In this document: piece by piece, positions 1 to 9,351 of the stretch
Numbering within the stretch: position 1 is the stretch's first letter
Layout: every line of letters starts with the position of its first letter
NCBI GenBank assembly: GCA_034520945.1
Contig: JAXHNB010000010.1
Coordinates: forward strand, 64,001 to 128,000
Origin: Trueperaceae bacterium
Lineage (GTDB): Bacteria; Deinococcota; Deinococci; Deinococcales; Trueperaceae
Length of the DNA stretch: 64,000 nt
Direction: 5' to 3'
Translations under genes and position numbers: made by a program
Notes under the pieces: model-generated
The model's database searches: none
What the model saw: the letters and a program-made list of their open reading frames with translations, nothing else
What the model was told of the DNA's origin: nothing

Positions 1-1
1 C

Positions 2-382
2 GGCGGGCTGGTCGTGGTGCACCCCGTGTGGTTCGACCAACCGCCGGCGATCCTGAAGGGCTGGATCGACCGGGTGGTGCGCCAGGAGACCGCGTTCCGG
101 CGCACGCCCGACGGCCGGGTCGAAGGGCTCCTCGGCGTGGGCCGGGCGCTGCTGATCCACACCGCCAACATGCGTCCCCGCGACGAGGCGTCCGACCCGC
201 TGGTGACGTTCTGGCGCACCGTGCTGGACCCGTGCGGCGTCACGGACGTGCGCCGCACGCTATTGGCGCCGGTCGTCACCAGCACGCACGAGCAGCGGGC
301 CGCCTGGCTGCGCGAGGTGGCGGAGCAGGTCGCGGCGGCGTTCCCGGCGGCCGATCCTGGCGCGGCGCCCCGGGAGGATTGA
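2..382 (+). CDS. NAD(P)H dehydrogenase (quinone), flavodoxin-2 fold; 5'-truncated by window edge
   Basis: HPVWFDQPPAILKGWIDRV matches the MdaB/KefF-type P-x-WW-x-x-x-P-x-x-LKGWIDRV motif. Confidence 0.8.
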   Translation, partial: GGLVVVHPVWFDQPPAILKGWIDRVVRQETAFRRTPDGRVEGLLGVGRALLIHTANMRPRDEASDPLVTFWRTVLDPCGVTDVRRTLLAPVVTSTHEQRAAWLREVAEQVAAAFPAADPGAAPRED

Positions 383-386
383 GGGG

Positions 387-1490
387 GTGGCCGACACGCA
401 TCCCCGCGGCGTCGCCGCGGCGCAGGAGGGCTCCTTGTCGCCGCGCCGGCGCCGGCACCTGCGGGCGTGGCTGTGGAGCGGCGCGGCGCTGACCTTCGTG
501 ACCCTCGTGGTGGGCGGTATCACGCGCCTGACGCAGTCCGGCCTGTCGATCGTCGATTGGGACCCGATCATGGGCGTCGTGCCGCCCCTGAACGAAGCGG
601 CGTGGCGCCAGGCGTTCGACCGCTACCGGGCGTTTCCGGAGTACCAGCAGCTGCGGACCGGCATGAGCCTGGCCGAGTTCAAGTTCATCTACTTCTGGGA
701 GTACCTGCACCGCCTGGTGGCGCGGTTGATCGGGGTGGTGTTCCTGCTTCCGTTCGCCTGGTTCTGGGCGCGTGGCTACCTGAACCGGCGCTGGCTGCGG
801 CGGGCGGGGCTCCTGTTCGCGCTCGGCGCGTTGCAGGGCGTCATGGGCTGGTTCATGGTGATGAGCGGCCTGGTCGACCGCCCCTCCGTCAGTCACTACC
901 GCCTGGCCGCCCACCTGGCGTTGGCGTTCGCCATCGTCGGTACCTGCCTGTGGTTCGCCGCCGACCTGTCGCCGCGCGCGGCGTCGCGGGCGCCGGCCCG
1001 GGCGCGTCCGCGCTACCTCCTGGCGGGGGTGTGGGCGTTGGGCGGCGTGCTGGCCGCCCAGGTGGTGTGGGGCGCCTTCACGGCGGGCCTGGACGCGGGG
1101 CACGTGTTCAACACCTTCCCGCGCATGGGCGGGCGGTGGCTCCCGCCCGGCCTGGACGCGCTGAGCCCGGTGGCGCGCAACCTGGTCGAGAACCCGGTGG
1201 CGGTGCAGTGGGTCCACCGCGTGCTGGCGACCGTCCTGCTGGTCGGCGCGGCCGCGCTGCAGGTGTACGCCTGGCGGGCGGGGGCCGACGCGAGGTCGCG
1301 ACGGTTCGCGGCGGGCATGGTCGCGCTGGTGCTGGCGCAGTACCTGCTCGGCGTCGCCACGCTGCTGCTGGTGGTGCCGGTGTCGCTGGCGGTGGCGCAC
1401 CAGGCCGCGGCGTTGGTGTTGTTCGGGACGTGGATTTCGTGGTTGCACCACCTCACGCGCGGCCCGGCGGCGCGGCCAGCGGCAACGTGA
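387..1490 (+). CDS. ctaA: Heme A synthase (COX15/CtaA type 2)
   Basis: GGITRLTQSGLSIVDW, EFKFIYFWEYLHRL, SHYRLAAHL, VQWVHR, AVAHQ motifs; multiple TM helices. Confidence 0.93.
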   Translation: MADTHPRGVAAAQEGSLSPRRRRHLRAWLWSGAALTFVTLVVGGITRLTQSGLSIVDWDPIMGVVPPLNEAAWRQAFDRYRAFPEYQQLRTGMSLAEFKFIYFWEYLHRLVARLIGVVFLLPFAWFWARGYLNRRWLRRAGLLFALGALQGVMGWFMVMSGLVDRPSVSHYRLAAHLALAFAIVGTCLWFAADLSPRAASRAPARARPRYLLAGVWALGGVLAAQVVWGAFTAGLDAGHVFNTFPRMGGRWLPPGLDALSPVARNLVENPVAVQWVHRVLATVLLVGAAALQVYAWRAGADARSRRFAAGMVALVLAQYLLGVATLLLVVPVSLAVAHQAAALVLFGTWISWLHHLTRGPAARPAAT

Positions 1491-2619
1491 ACCAGAAGGT
1501 CGACCCTTCGCCCGGCGTGCTGCGCACCCCCACCTCTCCGCCCTGACGCTGGGCGAGCTCCTTGACCAGCGTCAGCCCGATGCCGCTCCCTTCCCCGCCG
1601 TCGCGGGCGCGTGCCTTGTCGCCCCGGTAGAAGCGCGTGAACAGGTGCGGCAGGTCCTCGTCCGAGATTCCGGCGCCGCTGTCCTCCACCTCGAAGCGAA
1701 CGCTGCGCGCGTCCTCGCGGGTGGCGCGCAGCCTTACGCGTCCGCCGTGCGGCGTGTGCCGCAGCGCGTTGCTGGTGAGGTTGGCCAGCATCTGCCCCGT
1801 GCGTTCGGCGTCCGTCCACGCCACCAGCGGGCTCGGCGGCGCGTCCACGTCCAGGCGCACCCCCTTGCGTTCGAAGCGCGCCTGGAACGCCTCGCGCGCG
1901 TGCTCGAGCAGGTCGCCGGCCGCCACCGCGGCGGGCCGCAGCTCCAGTTGGCCGGTCTCGACGCGGGACAACACGCTGAGGTCGTCGACCAGCCTGCCCA
2001 GGCGGTCGACCTGCCGCCGGCAGGCGGCCAGCGTGGCTTCGTCGGCGGCGAACACCCCGTCCTCCAGGCCCTCCACGTACCCCTTCAGGTTGGACAGCGG
2101 CGTGCGGAACTCGTGCGCCACGTCGGCCAGCAGCGCGACGCGCTGCGCTTCGGTGGATTCCAGGGTGGCGGCCATTTTGTTGAACGCGCCCACCAGCTCG
2201 CCGATCTCGCCCGGCATGCCGGCGGTGAGGCGATCTTGGTAGGTGCCGCCGGCGATGCGGCGGCTGGCCCGCGTCATGGCGCGAAGGGGCGCCACGATCC
2301 GCCCGGTGACGAACAGGCCGACCAGCGCCGCCGCCACCACCGACCCGGCGGTGGCCCACGCCAGGGAGCTGGTCAGGGCGCGGCGGTAGGCGCCCTCGAG
2401 GTCCGACGCCATGCCTTCCGTCATCGGCCCGCCCTGCGGGCCGTGCATGCCACCCATCATGGCGCCCATGTGGCGCTCCAGGAAGAACGGGGCGAACGCC
2501 TCCCCCGCGACGAAGGCGGTGACCGCACCGACGGCGACCACCAGCAGGTAGGAGGGGAACAGGCGCCAGAACAGGCTGGGCGCCGGCGTGGGCGGCCCTT
2601 GGCGGGACGCGCCGTTCAT
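1453..2619 (-). CDS. Sensor histidine kinase (BaeS-like; HAMP-HisKA-HATPase)
   Basis: Two TM segments, ADVAHEFRTPL H-box, NLTSNALRH, DSGAGI and GSGIGL boxes; ATG at 2619 overlaps the regulator stop codon. Confidence 0.9.
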   Translation of the reverse strand: MNGASRQGPPTPAPSLFWRLFPSYLLVVAVGAVTAFVAGEAFAPFFLERHMGAMMGGMHGPQGGPMTEGMASDLEGAYRRALTSSLAWATAGSVVAAALVGLFVTGRIVAPLRAMTRASRRIAGGTYQDRLTAGMPGEIGELVGAFNKMAATLESTEAQRVALLADVAHEFRTPLSNLKGYVEGLEDGVFAADEATLAACRRQVDRLGRLVDDLSVLSRVETGQLELRPAAVAAGDLLEHAREAFQARFERKGVRLDVDAPPSPLVAWTDAERTGQMLANLTSNALRHTPHGGRVRLRATREDARSVRFEVEDSGAGISDEDLPHLFTRFYRGDKARARDGGEGSGIGLTLVKELAQRQGGEVGVRSTPGEGSTFWFTLPLAAPPGRA

Positions 2620-3305
2620 GAGGGTTCCTCCTCCAGCTTGTAGCCCACCCCGCGCACCGTGGCCAGCCGTCCGTCCGCACCCGCGGCTGCGAGTTTGTGT
2701 CTGAGGTTCGATACGTGCACGTCCACGACGCGGTCCACGCCCATGAAGTCCTCGCCCCACACCGCGTCCAGCAGTTCGGTTCGCGAGAACACGCGGCCCG
2801 GCGTGCGTGCCAGGACGTGCAGCAGGTCGAACTCCAGCGCCGTCAGCGCGACGGGGCGTCCCTGGACGCGCACGGTCCGGCGCGCGGGGTCGATGTGCAG
2901 GCCCGCGTGTTCGATCGTCTCCTGTGCGCCGCCTTCCGGCGGGGAGGTGCGGCGTAGGACCGCCTTGACCCGCGCGACCAACTCGCGGGGGCTGAACGGT
3001 TTGGCCACGTAATCGTCCGCGCCGAGCTCCAGGCCCAGCACGCGGTCGCTCTCCTCAATGCGGGCCGTGAGCATGATCACCGGTGTCGCGGCGTCGCGGC
3101 GAAGGCGCGCCAGGAACGACGGGCCGTCCAGGTGCGGCAGCATCCAGTCCAGCACGATCAACGCGGGGGTACGCTCCTGCGCGGCCCGCAGGCCGGCCAG
3201 CCCGTCGTGCGCCACCTCGACCGCGTACCCCTCGCGCTCCAGGTAGGCGCGCACCACGCTGGCGACGTCGGCGTCGTCCTCGACGACGAGGATCCTAGCG
3301 GCCAC
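2616..3305 (-). CDS. OmpR-family response regulator
   Basis: ILVVEDD, LDWMLP, GADDYVAKPFSPREL, winged-helix VDVHVSNLRHKL and TVRGVGY. Confidence 0.95.
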   Translation of the reverse strand: MAARILVVEDDADVASVVRAYLEREGYAVEVAHDGLAGLRAAQERTPALIVLDWMLPHLDGPSFLARLRRDAATPVIMLTARIEESDRVLGLELGADDYVAKPFSPRELVARVKAVLRRTSPPEGGAQETIEHAGLHIDPARRTVRVQGRPVALTALEFDLLHVLARTPGRVFSRTELLDAVWGEDFMGVDRVVDVHVSNLRHKLAAAGADGRLATVRGVGYKLEEEPS

Positions 3306-3323
3306 GTCGGCCGGCGCGGCGGG

Positions 3324-4649
3324 TCACGGCCGGTACAGGTCGGCCCGCGAGGGGGGCACCTCCACGCGGCCGCGGTCGTCGGGCTTGCCCAGCAGCGTCT
3401 GGTGGACGGACAGCCGTCCGCGCGCGAAATTGTGGGCGCTGCCGCTCATGAACAGGCGCCAGATGCGGGCGCGGTCCTCGCCGACGGTGGCGACCGCCTC
3501 ATCCCAGGACGCCTCCAGGTTGGCGACCCAATGCCGGAGGGTGGCGGCGTAGTGCTCGCGGAGGTCCTCGACGTCGCGCACTTCGAAGCCGACCGCTTCG
3601 GCGGCGCGGACCGTCTCGGTCAGGTTCAGGATCTCGCCGTCCGGGAACACGTAGCGGTCGATGAACGACGGTTGCTCCGGGTCGCGGCGGTCCTCGAAGG
3701 CGTTGGGGCCGCGGCTGATGGCGTGGTTCATCATCAGCCCGCCGGGCGCCAGTCGGTCCCAGGCGGCCTGGAAGTACTCCTGCATGCCCTCACGCCCGAC
3801 GTGCTCCGCCATGCCGATGCTGGCGACGCGGTCGAAGGTGCCCTCCACGTCGCGGTAGTCGCGAATCTCGACCGACGCGCGGTCCGCCACGCCGGCCTGG
3901 TTCAGGCGGCGCGTCCCCTCCTCCACCTGGCGTTCGGCCAGGGTGATGCCGGTGGCGCGGGACCCGTAGTGCTCGGCGGCGTACCCGACCAGGCTGCCCC
4001 AGCCGCAGCCGATGTCCAGCAGGTGATGCTCGGGGGTGAGGCGCAGCTTGCGGCACACCAGGTCCAGCTTGGCCTCCTGCGCTTCGTCGAGGGTTTCCTC
4101 GCCGGTGGGGAAGTAGCCGCAGGAGTACACCATGCGGCGGTCCAGCCACAAGCGGTAGAAGTCGACCGGCAGGTCGTAGTGGTGCCGGATGGCACTGGAG
4201 TCCCGGTTGCGGCTGTGCCGCTGGCCGCTCAGCGTGGCGGCGCCCTCGGGCGGGTGGCGCGACGCCTGGCGGCGCAACGCCACCACGTCGCCCATGGCGC
4301 GCAGGCGCTCCAGCATGCCCCCGCCGGCGGCGGCCTCCAGCAGCCCGCCCATCGCCTCGAACACGACCTCCAGGTCGCCCTCGACGTCGATCTCGCCGCG
4401 CACGAACGCTTCGCCCGCGGACAGGTCGACGGGCGGTTGGAGGGCCCGGCCCAGGGCGTACGGGTCGGACAGAACCAGCGTGGCCGGGGGTGCGCCCTCG
4501 GCGTCGCCGGAGGCGGGGAGGGTGCTGTCGTCCCACAGGCGCACCGCGAACGGTCTCGGTTCCGGCGCGATGTACGACAGCAGGCGCAGGGTGCGTTCCT
4601 TGGCTTCGGAAGCTTCGCGTGAGATGGTCATCGCCTTGCACCTCTCCAT
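3324..4649 (-). CDS. cfa: Cyclopropane-fatty-acyl-phospholipid synthase family methyltransferase
   Basis: AIRHHYDL, MVYSCGYF, LLDIGCGWG, SIGMAEHVG, FIDRYVFPDG, HYAATLRHW. Confidence 0.9.
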   Translation of the reverse strand: MERCKAMTISREASEAKERTLRLLSYIAPEPRPFAVRLWDDSTLPASGDAEGAPPATLVLSDPYALGRALQPPVDLSAGEAFVRGEIDVEGDLEVVFEAMGGLLEAAAGGGMLERLRAMGDVVALRRQASRHPPEGAATLSGQRHSRNRDSSAIRHHYDLPVDFYRLWLDRRMVYSCGYFPTGEETLDEAQEAKLDLVCRKLRLTPEHHLLDIGCGWGSLVGYAAEHYGSRATGITLAERQVEEGTRRLNQAGVADRASVEIRDYRDVEGTFDRVASIGMAEHVGREGMQEYFQAAWDRLAPGGLMMNHAISRGPNAFEDRRDPEQPSFIDRYVFPDGEILNLTETVRAAEAVGFEVRDVEDLREHYAATLRHWVANLEASWDEAVATVGEDRARIWRLFMSGSAHNFARGRLSVHQTLLGKPDDRGRVEVPPSRADLYRP

Positions 4650-4742
4650 ACTTCCGCCGACGCCACCCCTCGTGCGGCGGTTTTTGATCGTATGGGCATG
4701 TTAGCAACCTGCCTCCGATACGCGCGACGCCCCATGGACGAC

Positions 4743-5414
4743 CTATTCGTGCCGTGACCGCGCCGCACGCAACGCCGCGGCCGCGGCTTCGGCGTCCGCC
4801 GGGCGGTTCACGTTGCGGAGCGCGCCGGCCGGCAGCGCCGAGACCGCGACGGCGGTGACGCGCCCCTCGCGCATCGCCGCGTCCAGCCAGGGCTGGAGCG
4901 ACGTGCGCGTCGGCGTTTCGGGCGTCAGCATGCCGGCCAGCTCGGCGCCGAGTGACCCGTGGTACAGCGCCGCCAGGGGTTCCCAGCGTCCGTCCGCGTC
5001 GCGCGGCACCACCGCGAGCGTCCCGCGGCGGTGGCAGGCCGCCAGCCGGGGCCACCACGCGGGCGGCAGGAGCGGCAGGTCCACCGCCTGCACCGCCACC
5101 CAGTCCCGAGGGTGCCGCGCCAGCACCGTGGCCAACCCGCCCATGGGGCCGAGCCCGGGCCGGTCGTCAGGCAGGGCGGTCACGTGGGCCGGGAGCGACG
5201 GCGCGAGGGCGGCTGCACGCTCAGGGGCACCCAGCACCACGTACACCGTGTCGGCGTCCGCGTGCGAGGCGAGGGCCAGGTCGATCAAGCGCCGGCCCGC
5301 CAGGCGCGCCAGCGCCTTGTCGCGACCGAAGCGGCGGGAACGCCCGCCGGCCAGCACGGCGCCGCACCAGCCGCCCTGCGGTCCCGCTGGGCTCCCCTCC
5401 GGCGTGCGGGTCAT
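4743..5414 (-). CDS. mobA: Molybdenum cofactor guanylyltransferase
   Basis: VLAGGRSRRFGRDKA, GPMGG, AVDLP, EPLAALY, NVNRP; start chosen at ATG 5414. Confidence 0.88.
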   Translation of the reverse strand: MTRTPEGSPAGPQGGWCGAVLAGGRSRRFGRDKALARLAGRRLIDLALASHADADTVYVVLGAPERAAALAPSLPAHVTALPDDRPGLGPMGGLATVLARHPRDWVAVQAVDLPLLPPAWWPRLAACHRRGTLAVVPRDADGRWEPLAALYHGSLGAELAGMLTPETPTRTSLQPWLDAAMREGRVTAVAVSALPAGALRNVNRPADAEAAAAALRAARSRHE

Positions 5415-5515
5415 ATGCCAGTGTACGCCCCACGGGAACGGCCATAGCATGCCCTTGCCGATGGCGGGGCGGGGCGCGCCGTGCGCCTCGTGCCGGAACC
5501 TGGGGCGGGAGGTAG

Positions 5516-6805
5516 ATGATGCGTGTTTCGATGAAGCTCTTGTTGTTGTCCGTGTGGCTGGGGGTCGCGGCCGCGCCGGCGTGGGCGCAGGCACCGACCA
5601 TCACGGTCGCGGCCGAGCTCGGCGGCGTGTTCGACGCCCTGGCGGCGGCCTATCCCGGCGAAGCGCCGCAGCGCAGCGCGGGCGAAGCCGATCTGGTGCT
5701 CGCCCCGGGCCGAGCGTCCTGGGACGAGGTGCGCACCGTGGTGCCCGTACCGGACGTCACGCTGCGCGCTCGGACGGACGACGCGGAGGCGGCGGCGTTC
5801 CTGCGCTTCGCCCGGTCGCCGGACGCGCAGGCGGCGTTGATCGAGGGCGGCTTCCTGCCCGCCGAGGTCAGCGTGAGCGACCAGGCGGGCCGCACGGTGC
5901 GCGTGCCGCAACCGGTGCGGCGCATCGCCAGCCCCTACGGCCTGTCCACCTACCTGGTGTACGCGGTGGGGGCGGGCGACCGGCTGGTGACGGCGGGCTA
6001 CCTCGGCGCGCGGGACCCACAGGGGGCCGCGGCGATGGAGCGCATCGATCCCGACTTCCCCGAGGTGAGCGCCGCCGCGCCCGCCGACACCACCAACGTC
6101 GAGTTCCTGGCGACCCTGGCGCCCGACCTGGTGGCGTCCAGCGCCCGCGCCGAGTGGATCCCCTCCGCCCAGGCGCTCGGCATGCCCGTGCTGGCGTTCG
6201 ACGGCGAGTCGCCCGACGCGCTGGCCGACGCGATGCGGATGACCGGGCGCGCCTTGGGGCCCGACGCGGCCGCGCGGGCCGACGCCTGGGTCCGCTACTA
6301 CCGCGACGTCCTGGCGCGGGTCGCGCGGGCCACCGAGCAGGGGCGCGCCGCGCCGCGCGTGCTGTTCACCGGCACCGATCCCAGCCGCGTCGCCAGCGGG
6401 CAGATGTACCAGACCGACCTGATCCAGGCGGCGGGCGGCGTGTCGGTGACGGCCGGCCTGCGCGGGCATTGGGCCGAGGTGGGCCTCGAGCAGGTGCTGG
6501 CGTGGAACCCCGAGCTGATCCTGGTGCCCCCGTACGGAGGCGCGTCGGTGGCGGCCATCACGAACGACCCGTCGTGGCAGTTGCTTCCCGCCGTGCGCGA
6601 GGGGCGCGTGCTGCGCGTGCCCAAGTTGGTCGCGCCGTGGGACACCCCCGTGCCCGATTCGGTACTGGCGGTGGTGTGGTTGGCCGAGGTGCTGCACCCT
6701 GACGCGACGGACCTGTCGTGCGCCGAGGAGGCGAGGTTCTTCTACCGGCGGTTCTACGACTACGCGCTCACCTCGGACGAGGTCACGTCCCTTTGCCGGC
6801 GCTGA
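5516..6805 (+). CDS. ABC substrate-binding protein, class III (BtuF/FecB/MolA-like) with an extra N-terminal domain
   Basis: Signal peptide (APAWA-Q); DQAGRTVRVPQPVRRIAS, NVEFLATLAPDLV, EQVLAWNPELI, LPAVREGRV. Confidence 0.85.
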   Translation: MMRVSMKLLLLSVWLGVAAAPAWAQAPTITVAAELGGVFDALAAAYPGEAPQRSAGEADLVLAPGRASWDEVRTVVPVPDVTLRARTDDAEAAAFLRFARSPDAQAALIEGGFLPAEVSVSDQAGRTVRVPQPVRRIASPYGLSTYLVYAVGAGDRLVTAGYLGARDPQGAAAMERIDPDFPEVSAAAPADTTNVEFLATLAPDLVASSARAEWIPSAQALGMPVLAFDGESPDALADAMRMTGRALGPDAAARADAWVRYYRDVLARVARATEQGRAAPRVLFTGTDPSRVASGQMYQTDLIQAAGGVSVTAGLRGHWAEVGLEQVLAWNPELILVPPYGGASVAAITNDPSWQLLPAVREGRVLRVPKLVAPWDTPVPDSVLAVVWLAEVLHPDATDLSCAEEARFFYRRFYDYALTSDEVTSLCRR

Positions 6806-7878
6806 GCCAGACCGACGAGGCCGCGACGGTCGCACGTGCCCCGAGGGGATGGCGCCGCCTCCCCTCCCTCGAGGCCTGGAGGTGGGCGGGCACCGCGGCC
6901 GGCCTGGCGTCGCCGCTGCTGCTGGCGCTGATCGCGCTCAGCATGGGCCTGTACCAGGTGAGCCCGTGGGACGTGGCGCGCTCGTTGGCGTCGCTGCTTC
7001 ATCCGGAGGTGGCGGCGGACGTGCCCGAGATCGCCCGCCGCCTGGTGTTGGACGTGCGGCTGCCGCGGGTGCTGGCCGCGCTGCTGATCGGGGCGGGGCT
7101 GGCCGTCACCGGGGTGGTGTTCCAGGGGATCTTCACCAACCCGCTGGTCGACTCCAACCTGCTGGGGGTCACCTCCGGCGCGGGCTTCGGCGCCGCCCTG
7201 GTGCTGCTGCTCGGCGGGTCCGCCTGGGCGGTGCAGGCGTCGGCGTTCGCGTTCGGCCTGCTGGCCGTGTCGCTGGCGTTCCTGGGGTCGCGCCTGTACC
7301 GCAGCGCCCCCAAGATCGTGCTGACGCTGATGGGCATCCTGATCGGGTCGTTCTTCGCATCGCTCACCTCGCTGCTGAAGTACGTCGCCGACCCGTTGGA
7401 CGCGCTGCCCTCGATCACCTTCTGGTTGCTGGGGGGCCTGACGGGCGTGGGGTGGCGGCACGTGCCGCTCCTGGCGGCGCTGACCGCGGCGGGCGCGGTG
7501 TTGTTCCTGCTGGTTCGCTGGCGCCTCAACGTGCTGTCGCTGGGCGACGCCGAAGCCTCCGCGCTCGGCATGCGCCCGGAGCGCATGAAGCTGATCCTGA
7601 TCATCGCGGCCACCCTGGTCACCGCCATCGCCGTCTCCGTCGGCGGGGTGATCGGCTGGGTCGGCCTGGTCGTACCGCACGCGGCCCGCATCGTGGTGGG
7701 GCCCGATCACCGCCGCCTGGTGCCGATGTCCCTGGCATTGGGCGCGTCGTTCCTGCTGATCATCGACACCGTGTCGCGGGCCCTGCTGCCCTCGGAGGTG
7801 CCGCTGGGGGTGCTGACCGGCCTGATCGGCGTCCCGATCCTGGTGCTGCTGTTGCGTCGCACGCGGACGGGGTGGTGA
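6793..7878 (+). CDS. FecCD/BtuC-family ABC permease (start uncertain)
   Basis: VRLPRVLAA, FQGIFTNPLV, FWLLGGL, LSLGDAEASALG, GVIGWVGLVVPH. Confidence 0.9.
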   Translation: MPALSQTDEAATVARAPRGWRRLPSLEAWRWAGTAAGLASPLLLALIALSMGLYQVSPWDVARSLASLLHPEVAADVPEIARRLVLDVRLPRVLAALLIGAGLAVTGVVFQGIFTNPLVDSNLLGVTSGAGFGAALVLLLGGSAWAVQASAFAFGLLAVSLAFLGSRLYRSAPKIVLTLMGILIGSFFASLTSLLKYVADPLDALPSITFWLLGGLTGVGWRHVPLLAALTAAGAVLFLLVRWRLNVLSLGDAEASALGMRPERMKLILIIAATLVTAIAVSVGGVIGWVGLVVPHAARIVVGPDHRRLVPMSLALGASFLLIIDTVSRALLPSEVPLGVLTGLIGVPILVLLLRRTRTGW

Positions 7879-9254
7879 GCGTGGCCAGCCTGGTCGCCAC
7901 CGACGTGACCTTCGGCTACGACCCGGCCGTGCCGGTGGTGCACGACGTCTCGGTGCACGTCGGCCCCGGCGAGGTGCTGTTCCTGCTGGGGCACAACGGC
8001 AGCGGAAAAACCAGCCTGCTGTCCTGCTTGAACGGCGTCCAGCGGCCGACGCGAGGCCGCATCACGCTGGACGGCGTGGACGTGCAGGCGCTGGACGCCG
8101 CGCGGCGGGCACGCCGCATCGGCATGATCCCCCAGGTGCACGTGGCGACCTTCGCGTACAGCGTGCACGACGTGGTCCTCATGGGCCGGGCGCCGCACCT
8201 GTCCACGTTCGCGGGGCCCCGCGCGGAGGATCACGCCATCACCCGGCACGCCCTGGAACGCGTCGGCCTGGCGGACCTCGCGCAGCGGCCCTACACCGAG
8301 CTCAGCGGCGGCGAACGGCAACTGGTGATGGTCGCCCGCGGCCTGGCGCAGCAGTGCGACGTGCTGCTGATGGACGAGCCGGACGCGCATTTGGATCCGC
8401 GCAATCAGTACCGCGTGCTGGAGGTGGTCTCCGACCTGGCGCGCCAGCAGGGGCTTTCGTTCGTGGTGTCGTCGCACGCGCCGAATTCGGCGCTGATGTT
8501 CGCCGACCGCGTGGTGCTGTTGCGTCACGGCCGCGTGCTGGCGTCCGGCGGCGTGGAGGACACCCTCAGTGAGGACCGGTTGGCCCAGGCGTACGGCATG
8601 CCGACCGAGGTCGTCACCAAGGTCGTGAACGGGCGGCGGGTGCCGCGGGCCATCCTGCCGCGGCGTATCGACCGGGTGCCCGACGACTTGGAGGCCCTGG
8701 CGCTGACGCCGGCCGCGCTCGATCGACCCGGATCGGCGTTGGCGCGCCTGTTCGACGCGGCCCAGACGGAGCCGCAACGCCTGATCGTGACGGGGGCGCG
8801 TGGGGCCGGCAAGAGCCGCTGGTGCCAGGCGCTGGTGGCGCGCGTGCGGGCGCGGGGCGCCCGGGTGGCGGGGGTCTCCTCACCCGCCGTCCTGCGCGAG
8901 GGGCACAAGGTCGGCATCGACCTGGTCGACCTCGCGACCGACACCCGCCGGCGCCTGGCGGCGCTGCGGCGTGACGACGAGGGCGGCCAGACCACGGAGC
9001 GCTGGCGCTTCGACGACGCCGTGCTGGCGTGGGGCAACGAGGTGCTCCGGGCCGCCGCCGCGGCACGTCCGGACCTTCTGCTGGTGGACGAGCTCGGCCC
9101 GCTGGAGTTCCACCGTAGCGCCGGGCTGACCGCTGGCATCGACGCGGTCGACGGGGGCGCGGCCGGGGTTGCGTGCGTGGTGGTGCGCCCCTCGTTGCTA
9201 AAGGCGGCGACGGCGCGGTGGCCGGACGCTGTGATCGTCGACGTGGAGGATTGA
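7875..9254 (+). CDS. ABC ATPase (FepC-like) fused to a C-terminal second P-loop NTPase domain (NTPase_1/DUF2478-like)
   Basis: GHNGSGKT, LSGGERQ, LLMDEP; then GARGAGKS and LLLVDELGPLE; GTG start overlaps the permease stop. Confidence 0.85.
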   Translation: MSVASLVATDVTFGYDPAVPVVHDVSVHVGPGEVLFLLGHNGSGKTSLLSCLNGVQRPTRGRITLDGVDVQALDAARRARRIGMIPQVHVATFAYSVHDVVLMGRAPHLSTFAGPRAEDHAITRHALERVGLADLAQRPYTELSGGERQLVMVARGLAQQCDVLLMDEPDAHLDPRNQYRVLEVVSDLARQQGLSFVVSSHAPNSALMFADRVVLLRHGRVLASGGVEDTLSEDRLAQAYGMPTEVVTKVVNGRRVPRAILPRRIDRVPDDLEALALTPAALDRPGSALARLFDAAQTEPQRLIVTGARGAGKSRWCQALVARVRARGARVAGVSSPAVLREGHKVGIDLVDLATDTRRRLAALRRDDEGGQTTERWRFDDAVLAWGNEVLRAAAAARPDLLLVDELGPLEFHRSAGLTAGIDAVDGGAAGVACVVVRPSLLKAATARWPDAVIVDVED

Positions 9255-9351
9255 CCTCGGGCCCCGAAGGGCTCCGCCGACGGTGCACGTCACGAAAGCG
9301 GCACGGGCGACGCCGAAGGCGTGCCCGCGCCGAAGATCGCGGGGGGCGCGG

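Noticed and set aside
5415..5515. Cobalamin or Moco riboswitch upstream of the ABC importer
   Set aside because: Only about 100 bp shared with divergent mobA, and no B12-box or recognisable aptamer
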